From a virus, in IMG/VR virus record IMGVR_UViG_3300033150_001583, positions 75,585-139,584 of that record: DNA of 64,000 nucleotides; one strand, given 5' to 3'. Numbering within the stretch: the first letter of the stretch is position 1; each line of letters begins with the position of its first letter. The translations under genes and the position numbers were made by a program. Below are positions 8,608-19,878 of the stretch, in pieces. Below the pieces are notes generated by a model, which ran no database searches, was not told the DNA's origin, and saw only the letters and a program-made list of their open reading frames with translations.

Positions 8608-9102
8608 TTAGTTACCCCATTTAATAATTTTCACTTTTAGGTCTTTTACTCCCCATTCTTTTGCATCGTCTAGGTCGTGAAAAAATACGTCAAGTCTATT
8701 ACCTCTAATAGCTTTTCCTCTATCTACAACAATTCCTCTACCATATCCTGGCACTTCTATGACTGTCCCAAATGGAATCCATTTGGGAGCTGCAAGAGCA
8801 CCGTGAAAAACCCTAACTCCAGAAGCAGTAATCCCATATAGAGGATGATCTGGTGTTTTTCCTGTAGATTCTTTTCCTGCTGTATAAGCTGTTACTCTGG
8901 CTTCAAATTCTATTGGTAAAACGATAACATTGACTTTTTTCTCGGCTTCTATATTTAGAAAATCTTCTTTATAACCTTCTGTTTCTGGACTTGAAACAGT
9001 TGGCATAGCATAAAAAGTTAAAAGTAAGGTTGCTAACACTACGAGTATTTGATGTTTCTTTATCATTTTTTGTTGCAACTCTTTATTATTTTTTTTATTC
9101 AT
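8608..9102 (-). CDS. Membrane-anchored or secreted 3D-domain protein (putative lytic transglycosylase)
   Basis: Hydrophobic N-terminal segment; VTAY...GITASG...DRGKAIRGNRLDVF. Confidence 0.88.
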   Translation of the reverse strand: MNKKNNKELQQKMIKKHQILVVLATLLLTFYAMPTVSSPETEGYKEDFLNIEAEKKVNVIVLPIEFEARVTAYTAGKESTGKTPDHPLYGITASGVRVFHGALAAPKWIPFGTVIEVPGYGRGIVVDRGKAIRGNRLDVFFHDLDDAKEWGVKDLKVKIIKWGN

Positions 9103-9366
9103 TTATATCAATCCTAACCTTAAATTAATTAACCATGCTATAAAAATGGCATAACAAATTGCTATTAGATGTTGCGATATCTTGTTAAACCGTTTTGTAA
9201 ACTTACTAACAATGTATATAGTTATTCCAGTAAAGATGCCATATCCAATTGACTCTAACCACTTATTAAAGAATAGTATTCTATAGATGAGAGAAAAAAA
9301 TATTACAAGGAAAATTCCAGTTGAAACTTCAATCTTATAATCAAGTAGTTTTACCAAAAACTTCAT
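9103..9366 (-). CDS. Small membrane protein
   Basis: Three hydrophobic segments. Confidence 0.6.
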   Translation of the reverse strand: MKFLVKLLDYKIEVSTGIFLVIFFSLIYRILFFNKWLESIGYGIFTGITIYIVSKFTKRFNKISQHLIAICYAIFIAWLINLRLGLI

Positions 9367-9378
9367 AAGTAAACCTCC

Positions 9379-9606
9379 TTAGTTGAAATTACTTAATAAT
9401 TTTTTTGTTAGGTAATCTTTATTGTTTAGTTTTTTATTTTCTTGTAGTCTTTGTCTGGTTGATGTCATTTCAGTCAACGTTTGTCCTCCTTTTACAGTCT
9501 TCAAGCCTATTTCAGCCAATTCTCTTAATCGTTTTGACTTATTATCATGACTGCTTATATCTTTTGCAAGTTCACCAAAAACCCACAACGATACTTTTAT
9601 CTTCAT
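9379..9606 (-). CDS. Putative ParR-like ribbon-helix-helix adaptor
   Basis: Small gene directly after parM; N-terminal beta strand plus KSKRLREL helix. Confidence 0.55.
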   Translation of the reverse strand: MKIKVSLWVFGELAKDISSHDNKSKRLRELAEIGLKTVKGGQTLTEMTSTRQRLQENKKLNNKDYLTKKLLSNFN

Positions 9607-9609
9607 CTA

Positions 9610-10620
9610 TTAGCCCTCCAACATGTTATTAGCCTCCAACAATCTACCGTACTTATAATACCCTCTCGCATTTGCATGTTCAGCATCTTCGATTAATGCA
9701 ACGTTAGTATATTGACTAAAAGTGTTTATAAGTTCTTTTTCCATCAATATAGAGCCTCCACCAGCTAGAAGTATGCCGTGGTAATCTGAATAGTCTTCAA
9801 TATATGATCCCATATCGCTTAGTATTTTGTTTATGATAAATGGCACAATGGTTTTAACTTGATCATGTATATAAATTTTTTCGCCACTCATAAAAAAATA
9901 ACCCTGCCGTATTATTTCGTCCATTTTTACAAAATCTAGTGCTTTCTTATAAGTTTGTTGAATCCATTTCTTTAATTCTCCATGTATTTCTTTTACTCCC
10001 ACATAACTTGTTAATGATCTTTCACTATCATAAGATCCTTCAATCATTGATACAATATCTGTCGTCCTATATCCTATATCAATTACTAAAATATTTTCTT
10101 CGGCTATATTATCAACAATATTTCCTTCTTCGTCTAAGATTACATCATAATATGCACCTCCAGCTTGCGGAATAACATAACAACCTTGAACATTCAAGAT
10201 CATAGGTTCACCTCTAAAGCTAAATCTTGTTTTTACTTCCCAAGTTTTCTTTAATTCTTCTTTATACAGGTTATATTCGAAGACTGGCAATCCAGTCACA
10301 ATATAAAATGGCTTTTGGTCGGGATTCATCAGGCCAACTGAGGCCAATAATTTAACATAATCAAGAGAACTACTATACTTGTCAGGTTGTTGTATAAAAC
10401 CTGCATTTTTAGTTTCTCTCAATGCCTTGTTACCAACGTAATATCTTTGATTCCTATAATCTACATACATATCGTCAATTATTTCTCTATTCCTTTGTAT
10501 ATCATCTCCTAGTCTAAATGAGGACGGAATCCCTACTACTGATAAATACTTTTCCATTTTTCCATTAAATACACTATCAACCTGACCAAACCCATTATCC
10601 TGCCCTAAAATATTTACCAT
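9610..10620 (-). CDS. parM: ParM/StbA family actin-like ATPase
   Basis: GQDNGFG, VTGLP, VIDIGYRTTD, LAGGGS and ANARGY motifs. Confidence 0.92.
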   Translation of the reverse strand: MVNILGQDNGFGQVDSVFNGKMEKYLSVVGIPSSFRLGDDIQRNREIIDDMYVDYRNQRYYVGNKALRETKNAGFIQQPDKYSSSLDYVKLLASVGLMNPDQKPFYIVTGLPVFEYNLYKEELKKTWEVKTRFSFRGEPMILNVQGCYVIPQAGGAYYDVILDEEGNIVDNIAEENILVIDIGYRTTDIVSMIEGSYDSERSLTSYVGVKEIHGELKKWIQQTYKKALDFVKMDEIIRQGYFFMSGEKIYIHDQVKTIVPFIINKILSDMGSYIEDYSDYHGILLAGGGSILMEKELINTFSQYTNVALIEDAEHANARGYYKYGRLLEANNMLEG

Positions 10621-10638
10621 TTTTCTCCCCCTTTCATT

Positions 10639-10770
10639 TTGTCATACAATCTAAGCCTTGTATATCAAGGGATTGAAGGGAGTTTGTATGACAAATAGGT
10701 TGAAAAAAGTAAAATTGTCCGACAAGATCGAGTTAATCCCTTGATACTAAAGGGCTAGAATGTATGACAA
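10639..10770. promoter_or_regulatory. Four TTGT-N3-ACAA palindromes upstream of parM (candidate parC/operator)
   Basis: Copies at 10639, 10684, 10715 and 10760. Confidence 0.55.
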
Positions 10771-10771
10771 T

Positions 10772-11074
10772 TTATATTTCGTGTTGCTTTTTAATTTCAG
10801 ATAAGGGTTTCGGCTCAAAGTATAAATCTCTTTCAACTGGTAATCCAAGAGGCCCACGAATTGATTCCAACTCGGAAAGTGAAAAATAACCTAATTCTGG
10901 TACAAATCCAACTACATATCCAAAGAAAGTGTCTTCTCCATCAAATTCGATTACATACCAAGTCCAACTACTATCAGGTGTAAAAAATTTGCAATGAACA
11001 ATTGGATCTGGATTTTCTTCTTGGCTGTATAAGGGCGGAATTTTTTTACGTAATTCTTCTGTTAATAATTTCAT
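10772..11074 (-). CDS. DUF2958 family protein
   Basis: KFFTPDSSWTWY, FFGYV, ELGYFSLSEL and VERDLYF motifs. Confidence 0.85.
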   Translation of the reverse strand: MKLLTEELRKKIPPLYSQEENPDPIVHCKFFTPDSSWTWYVIEFDGEDTFFGYVVGFVPELGYFSLSELESIRGPLGLPVERDLYFEPKPLSEIKKQHEI

Positions 11075-11103
11075 AGAATCATCTCCTTACTTATTAATTT
11101 TTT

Positions 11104-11403
11104 TTAATTTCTAAAGTAATCAACTAGTTTTTCAAATAATGTTAATTCTTTTTCCTGAAGTATTGCTCCAGGAAAAACCCATAGATCTACATTATTATCT
11201 TTTAAATATTGATAAAGCCCTTCAACTTGTTCATTGTTGTATGCCCAAAGTTCTTTGCTAGAACCGAACTTTGGCTGCATAATAACTTTATATTTATTGT
11301 CTTCTTTTGTTAAGTAACATTCACCCTCTTGCATTTTCCAAGCAATTATTTCTCCATTTTGTAGGTAATAAAACAGTTGAGTTAATGTAGTTATCTTTTT
11401 CAT
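11104..11403 (-). CDS. Hypothetical protein
   Basis: ORF with RBS. Confidence 0.6.
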   Translation of the reverse strand: MKKITTLTQLFYYLQNGEIIAWKMQEGECYLTKEDNKYKVIMQPKFGSSKELWAYNNEQVEGLYQYLKDNNVDLWVFPGAILQEKELTLFEKLVDYFRN

Positions 11404-11563
11404 TTCTGAAGCTCCCTTTATTTATTTAAAATGTTAAAAAAAAGGCCATCCCGTAACCTGTTGGGGGTTTAATCCTAAAAAAGGAAATGTGATTAAACTA
11501 GAGATTCCCTTATTTTTGAGGAGGTAGAAAACTTTATTTCAGGGATGGCCTTAATTCTGACTT

Positions 11564-11851
11564 TCATTTTGAACTAATATTAGTAGCTAAAATACCTAAA
11601 AAATCACCCCTTTCCCATCTTGCTTTTTCTCCATCTTTTAAGCATTCTGCAAATACTGCGTTGCCTAGAGTGAAAGGCTTGCATCCAAATCCGCTTAAAG
11701 CCTTCCATAACTGATATTCTGGTTTTCTATATTCTTGCCTTAACCTTTCTGGTCTCAACACTAATATGTGACCAGTTAAGTCTTTACCTTCGAGTGAAAT
11801 ACAATCTTTTTTAGTGTATAATTCTTTCTTTGTTTCTAATGTCTTTTCCAA
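11564..11851 (-). CDS. Conserved hypothetical phage protein
   Basis: GFGCKP...G.AVF...DGE..RW.R.DFLG pattern. Confidence 0.65.
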   Translation of the reverse strand: MEKTLETKKELYTKKDCISLEGKDLTGHILVLRPERLRQEYRKPEYQLWKALSGFGCKPFTLGNAVFAECLKDGEKARWERGDFLGILATNISSK

Positions 11852-11878
11852 TCTTAATTCCCCCTTTATATAGCCACC

Positions 11879-12058
11879 TTAAACAGGCTTATAAACATTA
11901 AGCCCAATCTTGATTCCGTCTGTATCGGGTACAAGTTGGTTTCCTAAAGTGCTTGCAATAATTTTGCTTTTTCCGCTTTTAGAAGTTCCTACTTCTTTGG
12001 TAAGATCGACTTCGATTATTAGCTTATTATCTTTTACTTCCATTTTTACGTTTTTCAT
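11879..12058 (-). CDS. Small protein, 59 aa (MKNVKMEVKDNKLIIEVDL...SKSGKSKIIAST...IGLNVY), not in ORF track
   Basis: GGAGGTG RBS and complete ORF. Confidence 0.75.
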   Translation of the reverse strand: MKNVKMEVKDNKLIIEVDLTKEVGTSKSGKSKIIASTLGNQLVPDTDGIKIGLNVYKPV

Positions 12059-12308
12059 TGATCACACCTCCCTGAGCGAATTGTAGTTTTATATTATCAA
12101 AATCTATTTCATCATGATCTTTTATTATCTCTCTTATTTCTTTATTTTCGTCAACTTCATAAGGAAAATAACTTTCCCCATCTAAAACAAAGGCACCCTC
12201 CTTAATTGCTTCTAAAACAGCCTTTTTAGGATTTTCTCTAAAGAGATCAAGATTTACAGTAACGGAGGCACCAAAATATCCCCATATTTGTTATTTTTCT
12301 TTTTTCAT
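12027..12308 (-). pseudogene. Hypothetical gene with in-frame TAA at codon 6
   Basis: RBS, then ATG AAA AAA GAA AAA TAA, then 87 further open codons in the same frame. Confidence 0.55.
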
Positions 12309-12534
12309 GGTAAGACACCTTCTTTCTAAAGTTTAGTATGCCAATTTATACAACTACAAGCATATTGATAAGCATCAAAAATTTCGCGGGTAGAAAAACC
12401 TTGTTTGTTGAACTTTTCTTTTATCGGTTTGAAGTATTGATTATGTTTAACTTTACCTTTTAAGCAATATAGTTCTTTAGTTATTTCACGCACTAAAGAA
12501 GTATTAATACTTCTTGTTGGAAACCCCATATTGA

Positions 12535-12975
12535 TTACCTCCCTATTGCATTATCGTACATATATTGCATTAAACCATCTTCACGAATATAGAAATCTCT
12601 TGAATTTCTCACTTCCTCTAATTTACCTGAATAATGTATTAACTCTAGTTCGTTGAAGTATCTAAAAATAAACTTCTCAAACTTTTTGAGTTCTTCAAGA
12701 GTTGGGGTTTTTTGTTTAGCACTAAAATTTAACCATACATGGGCTTCTTTATTCCCCCTAAAACTTAAGTGATAATAATGTCCCCCATAATGGATATCAT
12801 AAATATCGATATCATTGTTCTTATACACTACAGGAAAGCCCAAAAAGCAAAGTAAACCTAGTTTTAAGTTAAAGAAACCTGTAAAACTTGCTATAATTAA
12901 TACTGCAAGCATATAAATACCCCAAACACCATATATTATTAATACACCAATAATTAGATAGTCTATAAAATTCAA
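12535..12975 (-). CDS. Membrane-anchored hypothetical protein
   Basis: N-terminal hydrophobic helices. Confidence 0.6.
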   Translation of the reverse strand: MNFIDYLIIGVLIIYGVWGIYMLAVLIIASFTGFFNLKLGLLCFLGFPVVYKNNDIDIYDIHYGGHYYHLSFRGNKEAHVWLNFSAKQKTPTLEELKKFEKFIFRYFNELELIHYSGKLEEVRNSRDFYIREDGLMQYMYDNAIGR

Positions 12976-13013
12976 GGCTTTTCCCTCCTTTCTTTGTTAT
13001 TTTTTTAATATGT

Positions 13014-13040
13014 AATAGCTACCCTAAAAGGGTAGCTTTA
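13014..13040 (-). terminator. Intrinsic terminator
   Basis: AGCTACCC-taaaa-GGGTAGCT hairpin. Confidence 0.6.
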
Positions 13041-13043
13041 ATA

Positions 13044-14021
13044 TTAAGCAGCTATTTTCTTTGTCAATAATTCATAAGCATCTTTCTCAAGTTCTACTCT
13101 TCTTTCGGTATCTAATATTTGAGCTGCACTGGTAAAGGCATTTACTAAGCCGTAGAGGTTATTTTCATTCTCGGCATAAAATCTAGTCTTAATTTCATCT
13201 TGAAGTTTCTTCGAATAATGCTTCTTTTTACCCAGTTCTTCTATGACTTTAGCTGGATTATCTATAGGTTGTTGTTTAGCTTGAATAAACTGCTCAAGCA
13301 TTTCATCACTAGCACGCATTGCTTTCCCTATCGCTTGAGATACTCTATTAAACATCTCTTGTTCTGTTAAATGTATATGTCTTTGCTGGAATGTATTTTC
13401 TTCAGTCCAACCCATCAGACCATTAGTACAAATTAAACGATAAACCATAGGAGTAATGCGTACTGACTTTTGGCCGACCTCGCTATTTTCAAAGTGACAT
13501 CCAACTCTTAGTATGTCGTTATTACCAGCATCCCTTTCTAATTGCGGAAAAGTAACTCTTAAGTGAAAACCTCCGTCATTGAGTTCCCACATGTTTATTT
13601 GAGCATTTACACCTTGTTGTTGCATTAATTCTGCAATAATTTCAAGAATCTGAGTGTTATCGAATTTAGTATACCGATCACTTAAAACACCCCTGATAGT
13701 ACCTTCTTGACCTTGAGTGCGTGTCCTTAATAGCCAATTTCTTTCCTGCTGTTCTAACCAATAGTTCACATTTTCTGCAAGTAAATCCTTGGGAAGTCTC
13801 TTTGCATATTTAATCGGAATACCTAACTTCTCTAGTATCTGATTTTGTCCCCAATCAGTAGCTGTATATTTCCCCTCAAAATTTTCGGCGGAAAGAATAA
13901 AATTCCCCTCGTTATCCATACGAAGGGAATCTCTAGGATTGACAATGAAATCTCTCTTATTAACATCATCATTCTTGCTATCCTCTAACACCTTATCAAA
14001 AGTAATCCTATCATTTAACAT
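13044..14021 (-). CDS. DUF932-like phage/plasmid protein
   Basis: RGVLSDRY, NSEVG, YRLICTNG and LVNAFTSAAQ motifs. Confidence 0.75.
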   Translation of the reverse strand: MLNDRITFDKVLEDSKNDDVNKRDFIVNPRDSLRMDNEGNFILSAENFEGKYTATDWGQNQILEKLGIPIKYAKRLPKDLLAENVNYWLEQQERNWLLRTRTQGQEGTIRGVLSDRYTKFDNTQILEIIAELMQQQGVNAQINMWELNDGGFHLRVTFPQLERDAGNNDILRVGCHFENSEVGQKSVRITPMVYRLICTNGLMGWTEENTFQQRHIHLTEQEMFNRVSQAIGKAMRASDEMLEQFIQAKQQPIDNPAKVIEELGKKKHYSKKLQDEIKTRFYAENENNLYGLVNAFTSAAQILDTERRVELEKDAYELLTKKIAA

Positions 14022-15983
14022 AAAACTACCTCCCTTTAGAATTCATATGGTCTCCAAGTTAATTTGCTATCATCAAATTTTTTTCCACATTCTTTACATT
14101 CAAATTCAGCTCTGCATCTCATTAGCTTATCTCTATATTGCAGTTGCTTTAAATTAAAACTTCCACACTTTGGACAACATAAAGCATATATATCGTTATC
14201 CATAAAGTTACTCACCTTCCAGTTCGTGATTTTCTTCTTTTTTTTCTATTTCCCATTCTGTAGGGAAACCAGCTTCTTTCCATGCTTGTAATACCGCGTC
14301 CTCATCAAGGATATACTTAAACTTGACAAATTTAATCTCTCCTGTTGTTTCGTTTCTTTCAGTATCCCATCCTATATTAATATAGGAGTTTAGTAATCCA
14401 TCTCTAACTGTGACAGTAACATGGTTTACTTCCCCAAAAAGATTGCTTTCTCTAGCTAATTGTTCATCTATAGATATTTTAACATCCTTACGGATTTCCT
14501 CAATAAAACCGCTAAATCGCTTTAATTCAAGCATGTTATTTTCTTTTTCTCTGAATTTATCAACTAAATTTAAACCCACACCTCTTAAGGGCATTTCTAG
14601 CGCATAACCATCTGAACCTCTAAACCTAACTTCTAATTCCATAAAAAAACAACCTCCTTTTATAATTTAATGATTTTTCCCGCGCAAAATTTTAAGTATT
14701 TTAGAGTTTATATCACCTCCCTTTTACTACACGAATAGCTTTACTTAAGATGAATATAAGTTGTAAATGCAATATAGGGATTATATCGTTTTAAATTGCA
14801 CATTCTTAAAATCATTTTATTATGTCTTTTCATCCCATTGCGTCACCTCTCTCATACTTTTAGGTATTAAACTTATGGTGTCAATTTATTACTCTTAGCT
14901 TTATCTTTATTCTCCCCTCCTTTCAATTTCTCTAATAAAATATCCATTTTTTGCGGGTCAAAAACCCAAGAGTCATAACGAGAATCATAAGATACTATCT
15001 CGCTTTCATATTTATAATAACAATCCTCGCATAAGTAACCAATATAGTTATCTAAGTCAACCTGCTTCCCACAAATAAGACATTTTTCCATTCAATTTCC
15101 TCCTTATAAATACTTTTCTATCTCTTCTTTTGTCCACTCGAACATTTTTTCCCCTGTTGTAACACTAATTAAACACGTAAAAATAACTGGCCCACTTGAC
15201 CAAGGCTCACATTGAGTAACTTCAGCAAAGGCAGTAATTGGAAATAATCCATCAGATGTTTTTTCATATAGTTTATACTTAATTGGCTCATATCCTAAAC
15301 CGTAAGTCCCCACATATTCAGCAACTACTCTTGCGTTCTCCAGAAATTTTCTAGCCTCTTTATGCAAACCGATATATTGAGTCATCCTCATAAGCTATTC
15401 CTCCGTTAATCTATTTTTTCAAGTAAATCAATAGGTATAACTATTTTATCTGGGTTGTATTTGTCTCCTAAGTTTACTAAGCTTTTTCCACCCCCAAAAT
15501 TTTTTATTAGCCTACCAACTTTCCCCTGCAAACAAAATAATCGGCCATCTTTAGGCCGATAAGTTAATCCTTTTATTCTTACTATTGATTTTTCAGGTAT
15601 CACTTTATTCACCCTCTATTAATTTTACAATATATTTATCCCCATTATATTCAAAGTGATATTCACCGAGTAGTTCATCTCTAACATCAAGTAAGCCAAC
15701 TTCTACTCCGATATTGATAGTTTCTCCACTTGCAGTTTTTTCTTGTACCACTTCAAACAAGACAGGATCTACGTATGGAGTATTACCATTGCATACTTTG
15801 ATTTCTGCTTCGATATTGTTAGGAAAGCCGATACAAATTACATATATTATCTCATCTCGACCTGCGCCTTCATAATATCCTTCTTTTATATCTAAAATAG
15901 ATTGTAATTCTTTAACTAATTTCTTTGGTATTTTTTTTATTACTTGATAAGTGGTCAACTATATTACCTCCTTTTTTATAAGT

Positions 15984-16008
15984 AAACCGCCCATTGAGGG
16001 GCGGTTTT
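15984..16008. terminator. Intrinsic terminator
   Basis: AAACCGCCC...GGGCGGTTT hairpin. Confidence 0.65.
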
Positions 16009-19000
16009 GTGGTTATTTTTTGCCACTATTGTATGGTGGTATATGATGAGGCTCATTGTCCTTGTTTTCCTCGTAAATTTCATTCAACATTTTCCTTATT
16101 TTTTTCTTTCCCCCGCACAAGTCGTACACCCAAGAAAGCGTGCGGGGAGACGTAATTCTATCTGCGTCAATCCAATAATCGCTAGAAACACATATGACCC
16201 CTTTCTCATAATCAGAAACAGGAGTTCCTACCCACAAACAGGGCATACAATCATCAGCTATGTTTTTACAAGGAAACTTCTGTTTTCCTACTACTAATTT
16301 CACAGTTTCAAAATTTCTTCCGTAGACTTCAAATTCCATTTTAAATTCTCCTCCTTTTATTTCTAAATTGAAAATTAAAATTCCCATTCCTCTGGTATAT
16401 CATCACAAATCCAACTATCCCAAGGGAGATTAAATATCTCCCCTGCGGATAAGTTTTCCAATCCATTTTGAGCAGGATCATCATCAGGAATAAGTGCCCA
16501 ATTGATAGTTACTTCTAGAGTAGCATTGTGTAATTCTTTATTTTCGTCGAGATTCCTAGGGTAAACAGTTAGATCACCGATAGCCCTAAACCAATGCGGG
16601 TCTTCTGGGTCAATTTCAATATAGTCAGCCCAGAAATCGCCGTACTCCAGCAGGTCAGCGTGATTAACTCGTTTTATACGATCCTCGCTAGTAAATTCTT
16701 TTCTTATCATTGATATTAACCTCCTTATATATACTCATCAGGAAATTCAACGAGTACATCATACTTGGGATTATCAAGGAAACCCTGCTCCCCTTCTAAC
16801 CACCTTGAAATATATGGAACAGTAGCTTCATTATTGACACATTCGTAGAAGATAATGGCACGATAAGGCTGTAAATCTTCTTCATTGTATCGGTCACGCA
16901 ATTCAGGAAACTTATCATAAGCTTCTTTTACTGTATAATGTTTCATTTTTCTCCTCCTTTCAAAAATATTTTTGGATTTGACCATTAATTATAACATACA
17001 GCGAGCTAATGCTTTTTGAAATTCTTCTTTGCTACACTCGTCTTTAAACGTAGCAAAGATAATTTTTCTTCCCAAGTCACCACCTGGGTATTCATAATCT
17101 GTGTATACTTTTGATTCAGCATATTCCCAAGCAAATTCTTTTATTTCTTCGATTTCTTCATCAGTAAATTCCCGACCTTGCAATTCTTCTAATTGAGTAA
17201 TCTCCAAGAATATCGCTTCTTCGTTTGGCCCCCACATAGGTTCTTCCTCATCCCCGTAGCTCCATTCAACCCCCCTGAGAAAGGCTTTTTGTGTATAGAC
17301 TTTTATTTTTTTGTCATTTATAGTTGCTATTGCAAAAGGCTCAACAACATCACGGCTAATTTCATGATTTTTATCTACCCATTCCTTAATTTTTTGTTTT
17401 ACTTTTTCATTAATCATTTTCATTTCCTCCTCTTTTTTTAAATATCTTTAAACTTTACTATTAATTATAACATACTAGGTTATAATTATTAATTATAACA
17501 TTTTAAGTTATCAAAATAATTTGCTTTTATCCTACTTTTCGCCTTTGGGCAACATAGGCAGCTAACTTTATACTGCCCTCCCAATCTCCTTTCGTACTTC
17601 CAGTGATATAGTTATAGGTAGCAAAAATATCAAATGGTTTAAATCCCTGAGGTCTTAAAATCTTTTTTAGTTCTCGATATTGATTGCTCTTTTTTATTCT
17701 TCTTTCTTTAAATTCTTCAAGAAGGTTAGAAATCTTGCTTAAAAGGATGGGATTAGGTTGTTTACGCCTGTTCACAAGTTGCACCTCCTCTTTTATTGAT
17801 TTTATGTACCCCCGCAAAAATTTCGCGGGGAAAAGAATTAAGCACAGCCACAATCGGAAATATAATCTATTTGTTCTCTTATTTCCTCAATATCTATCTC
17901 TGATTTCAGATAAGGTTTTATTACTTTAATAATTTCGTTCTTAATATCTTCCTTGTTTAGTTTTTTTACCTCTTCTTTCATCATCCAAGGCAATTCACAC
18001 GGAAAATATAAGTAGATAACATCATCCCAATACATTTGTGCTGTAGAGCACCATATAAGAAATTTTGATTTAGAAGTAAGAAAATCTGCTATATCTTCTA
18101 GAGATAAATCATCTTCGTCTAGTACAAGTTCTTCTAGCAATTTATCTGTATTAAAAATCTTTATATTATCAAGCTTTAATCCATATCCCACTATAGGCCA
18201 GTATTCTATTGACATAATTTAAACCTCCTTTTTACTATATTATTTTCATCTACTCTTATAATTATTTCAGGAGAATATGAAGGAACATGCTCCCACCATC
18301 TTTCCATAATTTGCAGAGCTATAGTTATCTTCTTATTAAGTTCCAGAATATTATCAGCATAAATCGTAGGTTCCATTATAAGATCATCCACATCCCATAT
18401 AAATGTAACTTTATATCCTATATTTCCTTCCTTTAAATATTCTTGGAGTAAAATAATTGGATCTTCTTTTATTCTCCCTCCTCTTAAATATTTTTGAAGT
18501 AAATTAATTAGATGTCCTTTTTTCATTCTTCTTTCCTCCTATTGCCACACAGCTTCAAAGGAATGTCCATTAATTTCACTAATACAAAGATCATTTAGTC
18601 TTTCGGTAGAGTAAGTGTTATTTCCAATTAAAATAACTTTCATAAAAGCCCCTGCTGGCCTATCATCTTTTTTCTCCCATTTTAGAAATATTACTTCCAT
18701 TTCTCTACCTCGATATTTTACCTTAATCTTTGTGCCAGGCTCGAAATCAGGGTATACAATAGACTTGCCTTCGCTATTGAGACCATCTGGGTCGTAAATT
18801 TTGCCTTTATGCCCATAATTTTTAACCCCACTACAATTATTTACATTTTCGAACATAAAAAGCGTGTTACCCACCACTTTTCCTATGGGATTTCTGCAAA
18901 CCATACAGGATAACTCACTTTTATAAGAGACACATCCCAAATCTTCAATATTGATATTAAAAGCATATTCGTTAAAGTTTTCATTAAACCATTTAATTGA

Positions 19001-19098
19001 ACCGCTTTTCGGAAAAAATGCTACTCGTTTTTCATGAGTTCGATAAATTATTTGATCACTCCCGCAAAATGGACAAGTTAAACTCATAGCAACTCCTC

Positions 19099-19878
19099 CT
19101 AACAATAAATAGTTATTATAGGTTTATCTAGCTTAATAGCTTCCATAACTTCATTAAAAATTTTCTCGCCCACAACATATTTAGCGTAGCTTGGCTCCCT
19201 AAGAAAAGTGCTATCTGAAGGAACTGATCCCACTGTTAATGCTTGATATGCATCTAATAGTGGACTTAAATCCATACCGCATCCCCCTAAAGCCAAATAC
19301 CATTCATTTTCAAATTGAAAAGGAAACAACCCTACTTTCCACGCAATATCTTCATCCCAATATTTAGGCTGATAGTAAACAATCCAATAACTAAGCTTTT
19401 CTATTTCATTAAATGTTTCTTCTGGATAATTAATTCCAAAAATAACGTCCAAGTAACTTTCAAGGTCATAATAATCTTTTGCTTTAATTTCATCAATAAT
19501 TTTTGAATATAGTTGTGGGTATTCTGTTTTTATATCTGCTAAGGTCTTTTGAAGTATCTCCTCTATTTCATCGAGGTCTTCAATAGAATTCCAAATTAAA
19601 CTATCAATAAAGTCAACTTCTTGAAGCTCAAAATCTTCTCTAATTTCATAGTCGTTAAAAAGCCATTTAGTTTTGTTTACCCACACATCCTCAAACCAAT
19701 ATTCTGAACTATCATAAATATTTCTGTTTTCACTGAAAAATCCATCTTTAATTCTTTTGTCATTAACCTTAATACGATAATCCCCTTTATATCCGTGTCT
19801 TTCAAGAACACTTAATAAATCATTTTTCAATTGTTCCATTTTACCTCCCCCTTTTTTCATCTTGAATTTTTTTTCCAC
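19099..19878 (-). CDS. Conserved hypothetical phage protein
   Basis: LALGGCGMDLS motif. Confidence 0.7.
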   Translation of the reverse strand: MEKKFKMKKGGGKMEQLKNDLLSVLERHGYKGDYRIKVNDKRIKDGFFSENRNIYDSSEYWFEDVWVNKTKWLFNDYEIREDFELQEVDFIDSLIWNSIEDLDEIEEILQKTLADIKTEYPQLYSKIIDEIKAKDYYDLESYLDVIFGINYPEETFNEIEKLSYWIVYYQPKYWDEDIAWKVGLFPFQFENEWYLALGGCGMDLSPLLDAYQALTVGSVPSDSTFLREPSYAKYVVGEKIFNEVMEAIKLDKPIITIYC

